A stretch of 48,399 bases of DNA from Chthonomonadales bacterium (GCA_038217285.1 JBBQPO010000012.1:1-48399), one strand, 5' to 3'. Shown: positions 8,335 to 18,606, counted from the first letter of the stretch. The notes: a model not told the origin generated them from the sequence alone. Numbers and translations are program-made.

Positions 8335-10881
8335 GAGCACCGTCCAGACCAGATCGGTGACCGCGTTCTCCCGGCTGGACGCTCGGGCAAGGTACTGCCC
8401 TGCTACCGCCTGCTCTTTCGGCGTGGGGAAACGGGCGAGAGCCGAGAGATAGAGATCTTCGATCAGAGCCGCGTTGGTAAAGCCTGTATAGTGCTGCGCG
8501 CCGACCTGTGCCATGTGGTAGGCGGTGCCTCCATTCAGCAGCTCCAGGGCTTCCAGCAGAGTAGGGGAGTTCTGGCGTTCGCAGGTGCAGGCGGTCTCGC
8601 GCAGCGGCTGGCCGAACGTTGTGTTAAAGGCCGAAGGCTCCGGATAGGGCCGTTGCGTGGCATACTGCATCCGGCCCTCCATCTGGGCGAGTTCCCGCTT
8701 CATCGGCTCGGACTTACCGCCGTCCGCAGTAAATTTTTCCCGCAGTTTCTGCTCCTCTACGGCGAACTGCGCGGGCGGCAGCAGCGCACTGGTCGTGAGG
8801 CCGATGGCGTCTTTCAACTGTTCCGCCGTCAGCATGCGAATACGGGCATGAGAGAAGAGGGCCTCGTCTGTCTGATTGAACTTGTTGGGCTGCGTGTCGC
8901 TCTGATAGGTGCGGCTGTTGCAGAGCAGACGCAGGATGTGCTTGCGGTCGTAGCCGCTGCGTTCGAACTCCTGCGCCAGCGCGTCGAGCAGAGGCACGTT
9001 GGCAGGCGGATTGGAGGAGCGGAAATCATCGACCGGGTTGACGATGCCCCGGCCCATCAGGTCGGCCCACATTCTGTTGACTTCGACACGCGCGAAAAAG
9101 GGATTGCCCGGCTGCGTCAACCACGCGGCGAACGCGGCACGACGATCCATCGTACTCTGGCCGGACACGCTGCCCCAGGGGATCATCGTCTCTTTCGTGG
9201 TGGGATGCTGCACCTCGCCAGTGCTGGCAAGCTGGACGATGCCGTCTTGGGTGACCTGCGTCCGCGCAAAGACTGCCCCGATGCTATAGTAGTCTCGCAT
9301 CGTCCAGTTTTCGAACGGGTGGTTGTGGCACTTCGTGCATTCGACACGGGTTCCCATGAAGAGCTGCGCGGTCATCTCCGTGCGCTCCTCCATCGTCGGG
9401 ATCGCGACAAAGTAGTTGGCGGGCGCGACCTGGGCCGTATTGCCGGAAGAGGTGAGGAGAGTGCGAGCGAACTGATCGTAGGGCATATTCTTGCGGAAGG
9501 CTTCCACCAGCCACTGTGCGAAAAGGTCGGCGCGACCGGATTTCAAGGTGCGCGGCGAGACGCGCATGAGGTCGGCCTTCTTCAGCGCCTGGAACCGAGC
9601 GAACTCCTCCGTTCCGAGCAGAACATCGATCAGTTGCGATCGCTTGTCGGTGTGGCCGTCCTGAAGGAAGGCGCGTACCTGTGCGGCGGTCGGGGGCAGA
9701 CCGGTCAGATCGAGATAGACGCGGCGCAGGAAGACGCTGTCGGTGCATAGGCCGGAAGGGAGGTACTGCAACTGCCTCAGTTTCGCGTCTACCAGCTTAT
9801 CCACCACATTGTTTTCGCGTGGGCTGCTCCAGGCGAATCCCGGCACATCCTGGACGACGGTGACGAAGACCGACTGGAATTTGTCGAGGTAGCGCACACT
9901 GATCGCGGCCTGCCCCCGGTCGAGGCCGGTGATCAAGCCGTCTGTATCGACCTTGACGAGGTTCGGATTGGAGCTTTCGTAGGCGGCGATGGCAGAGACG
10001 TCCCGCGTGGAGCCGTCGGAATAAGAGGCCAGAACGCTCAACTGCTGTCTCAGGTTCGGCGCGTGCAGCAGCCGGCTGCTGCCAGGGGTGATCACGATTT
10101 TGGTACACTCGGTCTTCGGCAGGTCGACATGCGCGCCTTCATAGATCCAGTTACGGAGCACCTGATAGCCCGCGTCGGTCTTGCGGAGTCGTTTGCCTCC
10201 GACGTGCGGAATCTGCAGAAGCGGCTTCTTCATGATGAGACTGTCGGTCGGATCCATCACGTTCAGGCGTCGATTGAAGCCGTCCCGGGTGAGAGAGACG
10301 CTGTCGATACGGGGGTCGTAGCCGAATAGCGACAGCGAGAAACCGCCTTTGCCGTGCGGCGAGCCGTGACACGATCCGGTGGCGCAGCCCTGTTTGGTGA
10401 GGATCGCCAGCGTTTCGAACTTGAACTGCACGGGATCCGGCGCGGCGCTGTTGGCGACCACTACGGAAACCTGTACCGTTCGCCCGCCTGCCAGGACGGA
10501 AAGGGTCGTATTGCCATCTCCAACGGCCGAAACCCGGCTTCCAGAGACGGTCGCGATGTGGGGGTTCGTCGAGCGGATCACCGCCAGCGGGGTTAAGTCC
10601 CGGGATTCTCCGTGGAAATAGCCGGTTACGACGAACTGTCGATAGGCGCGGCGGCTGCCCAGTTTCACCGTCGTCGGATAGACCTCGACACGTTCCGGCA
10701 GAGTCGAGGCCGCAACAGGGTGAATCCTGCCGGAAACCGAGTTTGCCGGAGGGGCAACGTGCTGCGCTGATCCCGCCGATACCAGGCAGAAAAGCAGCGC
10801 GACGGTCAGGCCCCAGGTGCGACGATAACCGAACCGGTTCTGCCCGCAAAGGCTGCGATCCGCGTTAGAAAAGTTCGACAA
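8305..10881 (-). CDS. DUF1549/DUF1553 (PSD1/PSCyt2) protein with Ig-like (Big_2) domains
   Basis: GCATGSCHG..GKGGFSLSLFGYDP, FLRRVYLDLTGLPPT, ECTKCHNHPFENW, VNRMWADLMGRGIVNPVDD, TACTCER and EFLFQH motifs. Start proposed at in-frame TTG 10881; the ORF track extends to 10980, deep into DUF1501. Confidence 0.88.
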   Translation of the reverse strand: MSNFSNADRSLCGQNRFGYRRTWGLTVALLFCLVSAGSAQHVAPPANSVSGRIHPVAASTLPERVEVYPTTVKLGSRRAYRQFVVTGYFHGESRDLTPLAVIRSTNPHIATVSGSRVSAVGDGNTTLSVLAGGRTVQVSVVVANSAAPDPVQFKFETLAILTKQGCATGSCHGSPHGKGGFSLSLFGYDPRIDSVSLTRDGFNRRLNVMDPTDSLIMKKPLLQIPHVGGKRLRKTDAGYQVLRNWIYEGAHVDLPKTECTKIVITPGSSRLLHAPNLRQQLSVLASYSDGSTRDVSAIAAYESSNPNLVKVDTDGLITGLDRGQAAISVRYLDKFQSVFVTVVQDVPGFAWSSPRENNVVDKLVDAKLRQLQYLPSGLCTDSVFLRRVYLDLTGLPPTAAQVRAFLQDGHTDKRSQLIDVLLGTEEFARFQALKKADLMRVSPRTLKSGRADLFAQWLVEAFRKNMPYDQFARTLLTSSGNTAQVAPANYFVAIPTMEERTEMTAQLFMGTRVECTKCHNHPFENWTMRDYYSIGAVFARTQVTQDGIVQLASTGEVQHPTTKETMIPWGSVSGQSTMDRRAAFAAWLTQPGNPFFARVEVNRMWADLMGRGIVNPVDDFRSSNPPANVPLLDALAQEFERSGYDRKHILRLLCNSRTYQSDTQPNKFNQTDEALFSHARIRMLTAEQLKDAIGLTTSALLPPAQFAVEEQKLREKFTADGGKSEPMKRELAQMEGRMQYATQRPYPEPSAFNTTFGQPLRETACTCERQNSPTLLEALELLNGGTAYHMAQVGAQHYTGFTNAALIEDLYLSALARFPTPKEQAVAGQYLARASSRENAVTDLVWTVLNTQEFLFQH

Positions 10882-12286
10882 TGGGTTTGCCTTTGGAAGC
10901 GAGATAGATCGGACGACCCGCTGCGGTCGGGATCGGTTTGGTGCGATCGATGCCGAGTTTCTCATAGATGGTGGCCGCATAGTCTTCGATGGTGTAGGCC
11001 ATCGAACTGGTGATATAGCCGCCGTCCCTATCCGTAGAACCGACGACCTGACCGCCGGGAACGCCCGCTCCTGCGAAGGCGAAGCTGAAGGAGTGCGTCC
11101 AGTGGTCGCGGCCCTGGCGCTCGTTGATGTGGGGGGTGCGTCCGAACTCGGTGACGAAGCAGACCAGCGTCTCGGCCAGCAGACCGCGCTGGTGCATATC
11201 TTCGATCAGCGTGGAGAACGCCTGATCGGTGGATCCCATCATCGGCCAGGTCTGGATGCCGAAGCGGCCCGCTCCCGCGCCTCCACCTTTGATGTTGGTG
11301 TTCCCGGTGGCGTAGATGGCGTCGTGGTGATCCCAGTTCATGTTGTTGCCGCCGTCATAATGGACGGGCTTGCCGTCCCGATAGGAGTTCATCGGTTCGC
11401 GAGCGTCGATAGTGACGTACCGGACGCCCGACTCGATCAGCTTCCGGGCGAGCAGGTAGCACTGCCCCCGGTGGCCCAGGCCATACTTCTCGCGTACCGC
11501 CGTCGGTTCGCTGCCCAGATCGAAGGCCTTGCGCGTTAAGGGATTGGTCAGCATATCGGCTGCCTGGCCCATCAGCGCGCGCATCGCCTCCACATCTTTC
11601 GAACGGCCTGCATTGACGTAGCCGACATCGAGGGAACTGAGCAGATCCCGGCGATCTTTGAACCGGCGCTCGTCGATCCCGGCGGCAAGCCCCAGGTTCG
11701 GGACTTTCCAGGTGGGGTCGGCAGGACTCCCGCCCGTTTTGAAGACCGCATAACCGGGCGGAAGAAAACCGACCTGAGATGTGGGCGCCTGCTCGCTGGT
11801 GCCCGGTAAGAGAATATTGGAGGGAAGGTAGAGAGCGTCGGTGCCGACACGGTGCGCGACAACGCACCCGATGTCCGGCATCTCTACGGGGCCGCCGGGC
11901 GCCTCTCCCGAGAAGATATACTGCGAGCCTTTCGGGTGGGAGTTGCCGATCCCCGGCGTCGGCTGCGTCATACAGCGTACGACCGTCAGCTTGTCCGCGA
12001 CCTGTGCGGTTCGGCTCAGCAGTTCGGTAAAGTAGACTCCGTCGGCCTTCGTTTTGATCGTTTTGAAAGGACTACGATGTTCGGCAGGAGCGTCCGGCTT
12101 CGGATCCCAGGTATCCATCTGAGAAACGCCGCCCTGCTCGAAAATGACCAGAACTTGTTTCGCCTTCCCGGTTCCGACGCTGCGTTCGGCAGACGCGCTC
12201 AGGTCGATGCCGGTCATGGCGGCCAGCATCCCGCCTAGGCCGATCCCGATAAAGTTACGACGCGGTAGATGAAGCCCTGAACTCAT
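10865..12286 (-). CDS. DUF1501 domain protein (Tat-like signal)
   Basis: PRRNFIG twin-arginine motif, GGVSQMDTWDPKP, LLARKLIESGVRYV, WDHH and TEFGRTPHIN..GRDHW motifs. ATG 12286 follows a CAGGAG RBS. Confidence 0.93.
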   Translation of the reverse strand: MSSGLHLPRRNFIGIGLGGMLAAMTGIDLSASAERSVGTGKAKQVLVIFEQGGVSQMDTWDPKPDAPAEHRSPFKTIKTKADGVYFTELLSRTAQVADKLTVVRCMTQPTPGIGNSHPKGSQYIFSGEAPGGPVEMPDIGCVVAHRVGTDALYLPSNILLPGTSEQAPTSQVGFLPPGYAVFKTGGSPADPTWKVPNLGLAAGIDERRFKDRRDLLSSLDVGYVNAGRSKDVEAMRALMGQAADMLTNPLTRKAFDLGSEPTAVREKYGLGHRGQCYLLARKLIESGVRYVTIDAREPMNSYRDGKPVHYDGGNNMNWDHHDAIYATGNTNIKGGGAGAGRFGIQTWPMMGSTDQAFSTLIEDMHQRGLLAETLVCFVTEFGRTPHINERQGRDHWTHSFSFAFAGAGVPGGQVVGSTDRDGGYITSSMAYTIEDYAATIYEKLGIDRTKPIPTAAGRPIYLASKGKPIVELF

Positions 12287-12370
12287 CCTGATCTCCTGTC
12301 TCTGCCATACGGTGTGGGGCGCAAGCCGCACACGCTCGTCGTGCAGTCGCGCCGATCTCCCCATTCTTAC

Positions 12371-12376
12371 ATTATA
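12371..12376 (-). promoter_or_regulatory. Candidate -10 element for the DUF1501 operon
   Basis: Perfect TATAAT on the minus strand about 85 bp upstream of the start in GC-rich DNA; no well-spaced -35. Confidence 0.4.
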
Positions 12377-12479
12377 TCCTATCGGCCGCCACAATAGTTG
12401 CGAACTAAATTGTCGATTGCTTCGTTGACACGGTAGCGGTCAAAATGCCGGAATGCCCGCCCGATAGAGGAGAACCTTC

Positions 12480-13097
12480 ATGACCCTGACACCATCTGAC
12501 CCTGATTCGCCGACGACGCTGAACGATGCCGGTCTCGATCTGCTGTTTCGGGAAGCGCGGACCTACACGGCATGGCTGGCGAAGCCAGTGTCTGACGAAC
12601 AGCTTCATGCGATATACGACCTGTTCAAATGGGGGCCGACAAGCGCCAACGCGTCTCCGGCTCGCGTCCTGTTCCTGAAAAGTGAGCAGGCCAAGGTGCG
12701 ACTGCTGCCGGCGCTCGCGCCAAACAATGTCGAAAAGTCCCGGACGGCTCCGGTGGTTGCCGTGATCGCCTACGACCTGGAGTTCTATGAAAAACTGCCG
12801 GAACTCTATCCCGCAGTAGATGCGCGACCCTGGTTTGCGGGCAAACCCGATGTCATCCAGGAGACGGCCTTCCGTAACAGTTCGCTTCAGGGAGCCTACT
12901 TCCTTCTCGCAGCGCGTTCTATGGGACTCGACTGCGGCCCGATGTCCGGCTTCGATGCGGCTAAAGTGAACGCCGAATTCTTTCCGGACGGCAAATGGAA
13001 GGTCAATTTCGTCTGCAACCTTGGCTACGGCGATCCGGAAAAACTGTTCCCTCGCAACCCACGCCTGGCGTTCGACGACGCCTGTAGGGTTCTGTAG
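12480..13097 (+). CDS. rutE: Malonic semialdehyde reductase (RutE-like nitroreductase family)
   Basis: LFREARTY, WGPTSANASPAR, AFRNSSLQGAY, GLDCGPMSGFD and PRNPRLAFDDAC motifs; AGGAG RBS. Confidence 0.85.
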   Translation: MTLTPSDPDSPTTLNDAGLDLLFREARTYTAWLAKPVSDEQLHAIYDLFKWGPTSANASPARVLFLKSEQAKVRLLPALAPNNVEKSRTAPVVAVIAYDLEFYEKLPELYPAVDARPWFAGKPDVIQETAFRNSSLQGAYFLLAARSMGLDCGPMSGFDAAKVNAEFFPDGKWKVNFVCNLGYGDPEKLFPRNPRLAFDDACRVL

Positions 13098-13108
13098 AGA
13101 ACCACCGG

Positions 13109-15094
13109 TTATGGGGTGGGGGCAAGTTCCAGGCGCAGGTAGTCGTACTCGACGCCGCTCATCACGCCACCGGCTGGGATCGTAAGTTGCACCACATTGT
13201 CTCCGGTATGCATCAACCCGGCATCGAAGGCGACGTCACGCTCGAACCAGTAGCCTCGTATCCCGTCGCGACGAATGGTGGCCGTATCCGTCAGCGGGCC
13301 GGTATCCCCGGCTGGCTTGTCGTTGACCGTCACCGTGATCCGGCGCGCGCTCGTGGCGGCCAGGGCCAGACGCAGGGTCGCCTTGCCGCGCGGCGCTTCC
13401 GCCAGGTGAAACGTGATCGACCAGGTCGTCGGCTTGCCATCGCTGCGGGGCGGCTGACAGTAGTTCCAGTCGGTGTGCATGTCGCTCTTACCGATCACGA
13501 AACGCACATCGTCGGGAAACTCCTGCGCGTATTTGAGATAGAGTCCCCACTCCCAGTAGTGATCCCCGTGCCGAAACTCCCCGGCGGTGCGGTCCGGAAT
13601 GCCGATCTCCCATAGCTGCTTTCCATACCGGACCGGTGTCCATGCGAGAGCGCCCAGGTCGAGCGGCCTGCCCGCCGCCACGACGACATCGGTGCGGGCG
13701 TATTCGCCGAGCACCCCATCGGCGAGGGCATGGAGCGTATATTTTCCAGGGCGGACGTTCAGAAGGCGGAAGCGGCCCTGAGCGTCGCCACGTGCCCAGA
13801 ACTGGTAATACTTCGCGTCCCGCTGCCAGTCCACCATCTGCGCGTTCTGTCCACGTCCTCCCACAGGCATGGCGTAGTCCGGGGCTGAGAGACCGACGAG
13901 AAGACGGCTCATCCGGGCCGCCGGAGCCTGGGGGTCCTTCAGGACGATTCGCCCGCTGACGTCGCCGCGTTGATCGCGGAGGGGATAGTCGGCTCCCCGG
14001 ACCCAGTCGTAGGGCCACTTTACCGTCTCTCTCGTCGCCTGTGCCAGTGCATCTTGCCATCCTGCCTCGGGAGTTGAGGCTGTGTTGCAGTAGATCAGGA
14101 AGGGACCGATGACCTTCGTCCATGCCTCTCCGGCCGCAATCGCGCATTCCGAGCCGCCATAGTGGCTTCCGCGCCAGTAGTTCAGCATGGTTGGAGCGGC
14201 GCCTGCATTGACGTCGCGGTGGGCCGTGAGTTCGACCTTCGTAGCGCCGCCGCTCAGGTACTCTATGGTGGGATTGACGAACCAGAAGCCCACCTTTTGC
14301 AGTGTACTGAACCACCCGAAGGCAGGCGTTTCGAACTGTACGGCGGAGTAGTCGTATTTATGTTCCGCTTGCCCGACGTATCGCCCCGTCGTCATCCGTC
14401 GGGCCTCTTTCATGTTGAGCGGGGTGCCCTGATTCCAGTCCTCCGCCGTGATCATGATCTTCTTGCGCCGGGCATCGATCGCCATGTAGTCGAAGATCTG
14501 ATCGTTCAGCTTCGCGCCGAAGCGGGCTTCTCCCACCGATGTCATCGGATAGACGGGCTTATGATCGAAAATGGAATAGGTGTAGAGGCCGTGGTCGTCG
14601 CGTCCGAGCGTATAACGGATCTCGATGTCTGCGGCAACGCCGCCGCCCGGGCCTTGACCGAGGGCGGTCCTGTCATAAAAACCTTTGACAGAGACTTCGG
14701 CGCGTTCACCGTTCGAGCGGGCTGGATCGATGGTGACGGTCGAGATCGTCCGCGTGCCGCGTGTGGGCGTGTGGGACCAGTAGGCATGGGGATGGCCGGA
14801 GCCCGCTCCGAGGAGCTCCCGATCCGCATATTTCAGGGAGACAAGGTCGCCCGACTCTCTGTCCACCCGCGCCGTGACGAACGCGTTTGCCAGCGTATAG
14901 GTTGTGGCTGCCTGCGTCACCGTAACGGGTACGGTTGCCGCCGCCCCCCCTTGTGCCGCGCCGACCGCGCCCGAGAAGGCAAGGAGCAAGCTTATGAGGA
15001 CGAGTCGCGTGGTAGATGCGTCCCCTGTCCAACGTAGCGGAAGTGTGCAGGACGCGCGGCCTTGCACGTCCCGTCGTGTCACTAACATACGCAA
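13109..15094 (-). CDS. Rhamnogalacturonan lyase (polysaccharide lyase family 4)
   Basis: Signal peptide, EHKYDYS, EYLSGG..K.EL, HYGG, WTKVIGPFLIY, YQFW, LWEIGIPDRTAGEF and YDYLRLE motifs of PL4. Confidence 0.88.
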   Translation of the reverse strand: MRMLVTRRDVQGRASCTLPLRWTGDASTTRLVLISLLLAFSGAVGAAQGGAAATVPVTVTQAATTYTLANAFVTARVDRESGDLVSLKYADRELLGAGSGHPHAYWSHTPTRGTRTISTVTIDPARSNGERAEVSVKGFYDRTALGQGPGGGVAADIEIRYTLGRDDHGLYTYSIFDHKPVYPMTSVGEARFGAKLNDQIFDYMAIDARRKKIMITAEDWNQGTPLNMKEARRMTTGRYVGQAEHKYDYSAVQFETPAFGWFSTLQKVGFWFVNPTIEYLSGGATKVELTAHRDVNAGAAPTMLNYWRGSHYGGSECAIAAGEAWTKVIGPFLIYCNTASTPEAGWQDALAQATRETVKWPYDWVRGADYPLRDQRGDVSGRIVLKDPQAPAARMSRLLVGLSAPDYAMPVGGRGQNAQMVDWQRDAKYYQFWARGDAQGRFRLLNVRPGKYTLHALADGVLGEYARTDVVVAAGRPLDLGALAWTPVRYGKQLWEIGIPDRTAGEFRHGDHYWEWGLYLKYAQEFPDDVRFVIGKSDMHTDWNYCQPPRSDGKPTTWSITFHLAEAPRGKATLRLALAATSARRITVTVNDKPAGDTGPLTDTATIRRDGIRGYWFERDVAFDAGLMHTGDNVVQLTIPAGGVMSGVEYDYLRLELAPTP

Positions 15095-15111
15095 GTCTCC
15101 CTTCCTGGCTC

Positions 15112-16473
15112 TCAGTTACCGTCCGGTTTCTGCGCGGAACTGCCGGAGCTGAGGGGCATCTTGAATCCGTCCGGCGAGTCAGGATGGGCCGGATCGAACC
15201 GCGGCAGATCGTTCGTCAGGAACGTCGAGAGGCGGAGGCGATTCTGCCGTATCCCTTCGACGATGCAGCGTGCCAACTCGTAACTGCCAAAGTTGTTATG
15301 ATGGGTGCCGTCCTGAAACGCCTGGTCGATATGCTGTGGTCCGAGCGCGGCATAGAGTGTGGCGCTCATCGCATTCAGATCGATGAGTGGAACCTTCTCC
15401 TCCTGCGCCGCCTGCCGGACCGCTTCCGGATAGTCGCCGAGCGTATTGACGACCTGCCCGGTTGCGTCCAGTCGTTTGCGGTGCATCGGGGTGATCAACA
15501 CCGGAATACCGCCCTGTTTGCGGGCTGCCGCGACGTAACGTTTGAGGTCGGCTTTGTAGGTCGTGAAGGCCCCAACGCCCACGCCCTTCTCCTTCATATC
15601 GTTGTGGCCGAACTGAATGAACAGAAAGTCACCGGGCTTCATACGGCTCGTGACCTTGTCGAGCCGTCCGGCGCTAAGCGAGCTGCGCAGGGACTCACCG
15701 GACTCCGCGTTGTTGGCGACGGCGAGGCCAGCCTTGAAGAAGCGCGGCAGCATCTGCCCCCAACTGTTCCAGGGCTCCAGCGGCTGATCGCAGACCGTGG
15801 AGTCGCCCAGTATGTAGAGCGTCGGGGCGGTGTCGTTGCGCGTGATGTCGAGGACCTGGAGGCAGGGACGCGTGTCGTTGAACTCCAGCGTGAGTTTCTC
15901 ATCCCAGTTCCACATCTCGCCCGCCCGTTCGCGGGCCTTGAGTCGCACTTCGCCTCCACCCGATAGTGCAGGCGTGCGGACGTTGACTGTGAAGGAGCGG
16001 CGTGTGGTCTTCCCAGACGCGGTATGAACTCCCTGCAGCATCAGTCGGCGTAGTTCCGCCTTCACCGTAGTCACGGATTCACCGTTCGCATCGCCGAGTG
16101 TAACGGTCACATCGTAGTTACCTTCCGGCAGCGCGACCGAAAAATAGAATGGCCTGTCGCTCGTGCAGTACCCGCCCTTTTTGTTGCCGGTTGCCGGCAC
16201 GGCGGTCACCGCCGGGCCAGGCTCAAATCCGTAGCCGCGTTCGCGCGTATAGAGGGTCGTCGGGGATACGGCAACCGATCCGTCGTCCGTCGTCTCCACG
16301 CCGAAACGGAATTTCCACGATGATTGTGGTGTCTGGGCCGCGCCATGTACACCCAAAATACTGACGATCATCACCCTCAACGCCAGCCAGAAGACGGTTC
16401 GGCATTTTGCCCCCAACCCAGCCTTATCAATGCAGGCCGTCGTCTGTCTTTTGCCATATTTCCCCCCAAACAT
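15112..16473 (-). CDS. Rhamnogalacturonan acetylesterase (CE12, SGNH/GDSL) with N-terminal beta-sandwich domain
   Basis: LYILGDSTVCDQ, SWGQMLPRFF, NNAESGES, FIQFGHND and DGTHHNNFG motifs. Confidence 0.88.
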   Translation of the reverse strand: MFGGKYGKRQTTACIDKAGLGAKCRTVFWLALRVMIVSILGVHGAAQTPQSSWKFRFGVETTDDGSVAVSPTTLYTRERGYGFEPGPAVTAVPATGNKKGGYCTSDRPFYFSVALPEGNYDVTVTLGDANGESVTTVKAELRRLMLQGVHTASGKTTRRSFTVNVRTPALSGGGEVRLKARERAGEMWNWDEKLTLEFNDTRPCLQVLDITRNDTAPTLYILGDSTVCDQPLEPWNSWGQMLPRFFKAGLAVANNAESGESLRSSLSAGRLDKVTSRMKPGDFLFIQFGHNDMKEKGVGVGAFTTYKADLKRYVAAARKQGGIPVLITPMHRKRLDATGQVVNTLGDYPEAVRQAAQEEKVPLIDLNAMSATLYAALGPQHIDQAFQDGTHHNNFGSYELARCIVEGIRQNRLRLSTFLTNDLPRFDPAHPDSPDGFKMPLSSGSSAQKPDGN

Positions 16474-16703
16474 GGGTTTTCTCCTTCTTCGATAGACCGA
16501 AATACGTGGGCAGGATCGGGATTACATCTTACGGTCATCGGTGTGCCAGTGCTCGACCCACCGACCGTGCGCTGCCTCGGCGTCTACTGGATGATTCGGG
16601 AGGACCAGTCCCATCCGGCCACGGCTCGTGGCGACTACTGCCCGGTCGGACAGTCCGGATGGCGACCGGGACCGCTGCTCTTCCGAGGTGAGACGCGACC
16701 ATT

Positions 16704-17729
16704 TTATGGCCGTGTGGCACAGAAGGTGGGGAGGGGAGGCATGGCGGGAACGTCGGAGTCTGCAAGGCAGGCGAACAGCTCTTCTACGGACTGTGTACGC
16801 TTGATAAGGTCGAAGGCCGGGAAATTGCCGTGGTTGCTCGCTAGGCGGAGCCACTGCTTCAGGCGGAGCAGCGTTCCTCTTTGGACGTCGTGGGCATAAA
16901 ACTCGGACCAGTGGACGAGACGCTGGAGGTGGGGGATCCAGTCACAGGGCGTTGCAATGGCAGGCAGCGACTTGCCGGAACCGATCCCTAGATCTGCAGC
17001 GACCTGGGATGCCAAAAGAGGATTCGCCAGCGCGCTTCGACCCAGCATAAAATGGCGGCAACCCGTCTCCTCACGACACTGTCGAAAATCGGCGAGCGAC
17101 CAGATGTCTCCATTGGCGACGACCGGCAGCCGAACCCGCTCCCGTACTACGCCGATGGGTTGCCAGTAGACCGGCGGTTTATAACCCTGAGCGCGGGTGC
17201 GGGCGTGGATCGTCAGCCAGTCGGCTCCGCCCTCCGCCGCCATTTCGGCATTGGCATAGATGTCGTCGATAGAGTCCCAGCCCAGGCGCAGCTTGGCGGA
17301 AACGGGAATCTCTTTGGGCACCGCCGCGCGGATGGCGGCGACGATCTCTCGAATTCGCGTGGGATGCTTGAGCAGCGTCGCGCCGCCGTCGTGCCGGTTC
17401 ACGGTCGGCGCGGGACAGCCGAAGTTGATGTCGATCGCTCCGGCGCCGGCGTCGCAGGCCACGACCGCGGCTGCGGCCATTCGTCCGGCATCGCCGCCGA
17501 GGAGCTGCACCTGAACAGGCAGGCCGGTCGGAGTCCGCGCGTCGTGCTGAAGTTCGGGAATATGGCGCAGGAACACGCGGCGCGGCGGCACCTCGCTGCT
17601 GACCCGCAGGAACTCCGAGACGGCGAGCGTAAACGCACCGGTTTCTCCCTGCAGCGCGCGCATCGGTGCATCGGTTATCCCATCCATCGGCGCTAAAATC
17701 AGCGCGGGTACGTCCTGGTGCAGCATCAC
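16704..17729 (-). CDS. dusC: tRNA-dihydrouridine synthase (DusC-like)
   Basis: LAPMDGITD, IDINFGCPAPTVNRHDGGATLL, VSAKLRLG, LTIHARTRAQGYKPP, VVANGDIW and MLGR motifs. Confidence 0.85.
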   Translation of the reverse strand: MMLHQDVPALILAPMDGITDAPMRALQGETGAFTLAVSEFLRVSSEVPPRRVFLRHIPELQHDARTPTGLPVQVQLLGGDAGRMAAAAVVACDAGAGAIDINFGCPAPTVNRHDGGATLLKHPTRIREIVAAIRAAVPKEIPVSAKLRLGWDSIDDIYANAEMAAEGGADWLTIHARTRAQGYKPPVYWQPIGVVRERVRLPVVANGDIWSLADFRQCREETGCRHFMLGRSALANPLLASQVAADLGIGSGKSLPAIATPCDWIPHLQRLVHWSEFYAHDVQRGTLLRLKQWLRLASNHGNFPAFDLIKRTQSVEELFACLADSDVPAMPPLPTFCATRP

Positions 17730-17744
17730 TCGCTCTCTTTCGAA

Positions 17745-18578
17745 TTATACGTAGGGAAGGGTGAGTTCCCGCTCGATCTCGAGTCCTCTCCATTCGTCTG
17801 GACCAGACGCATCGTAGATCAGGGTGAACGGTCCGGTAAATCCGCTTGCTTGCCCCAATTCGAGGCAGTGACGGAAATCTTCCGAATCCGGGACATATTC
17901 GGAAAAGAACGCACATTTGGCGTGGCACGTCTCCGCATACGGAAAGATAGACGCGAGCTCGATGTACTTCGACGGTCCTTCCCAGTTACCGAAATCCAGA
18001 TTGAACCCGACCTCCCCCTCCAGGCTGTCCAGAAGGTTATGGACAGCCTCGGGCGTGTCGAGCAGGTCGAACCAGTTCTCCGTCGTGACGCGGACGTCGT
18101 GCTCCTGACCGCGTTTTGCAAGCGTGCGCAATGCAGCGCTGCTGCGGTAGAGTGTCTCCAGCCTATAAGGCGCGTGACCTGCGATGAGGCGCGCCCTCTG
18201 CGCTCCCAGCAGTCCGGCCGTTTCGAGCCAGCCCCCCATCCACTCCTGATCTCTACTGCCATGGTCGGGATGGGTAAGATCGCCCGCTTCTACCAGAACG
18301 GAGAGGAGGGTCACGCCTGCCTCCGCGAGAGCGGCCTTCAGTTCGTTCAGGTAGGAAGGATCACGACTGGGCAGATGCGGGTGCGAGATCTCCATCATGG
18401 TGTAGCCGTGGGCAGCGAGACGGGCAGGAAGCTCCAGCAGCGTCAGTGCGCCGTCGCCGTGCGGTTTCGTGCAGGGGCGCGTGCCGTCGTCGCCTGGCAG
18501 GTCGCGGTACATGACTCCGAGGGTACGATGGAGGCTGTAGGACGATACAGAAAAACGGTTGGTATTCTCGGTGGACAT
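17745..18578 (-). CDS. Sugar phosphate isomerase/epimerase (xylose isomerase-like TIM barrel)
   Basis: VRVTTENW, GFNLDFGNW, CHAK and GFTGPFTLIY pattern of the AP_endonuc_2 family. Confidence 0.75.
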   Translation of the reverse strand: MSTENTNRFSVSSYSLHRTLGVMYRDLPGDDGTRPCTKPHGDGALTLLELPARLAAHGYTMMEISHPHLPSRDPSYLNELKAALAEAGVTLLSVLVEAGDLTHPDHGSRDQEWMGGWLETAGLLGAQRARLIAGHAPYRLETLYRSSAALRTLAKRGQEHDVRVTTENWFDLLDTPEAVHNLLDSLEGEVGFNLDFGNWEGPSKYIELASIFPYAETCHAKCAFFSEYVPDSEDFRHCLELGQASGFTGPFTLIYDASGPDEWRGLEIERELTLPYV

Positions 18579-18606
18579 CGGTGAAGGATCTTCCTTGTAG
18601 CGAGGG

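Noticed and set aside
8266-9750. Long antisense ORFs (8266-9750, 32558-34057, 43485-44699, 23243-24238 and others)
   Set aside because: They are shadows of well-supported genes on the other strand and show no recognisable motifs.
12425-12446. TTGACA..CAAAAT as a sigma70 promoter for rutE
   Set aside because: The spacing is only 10 nt.
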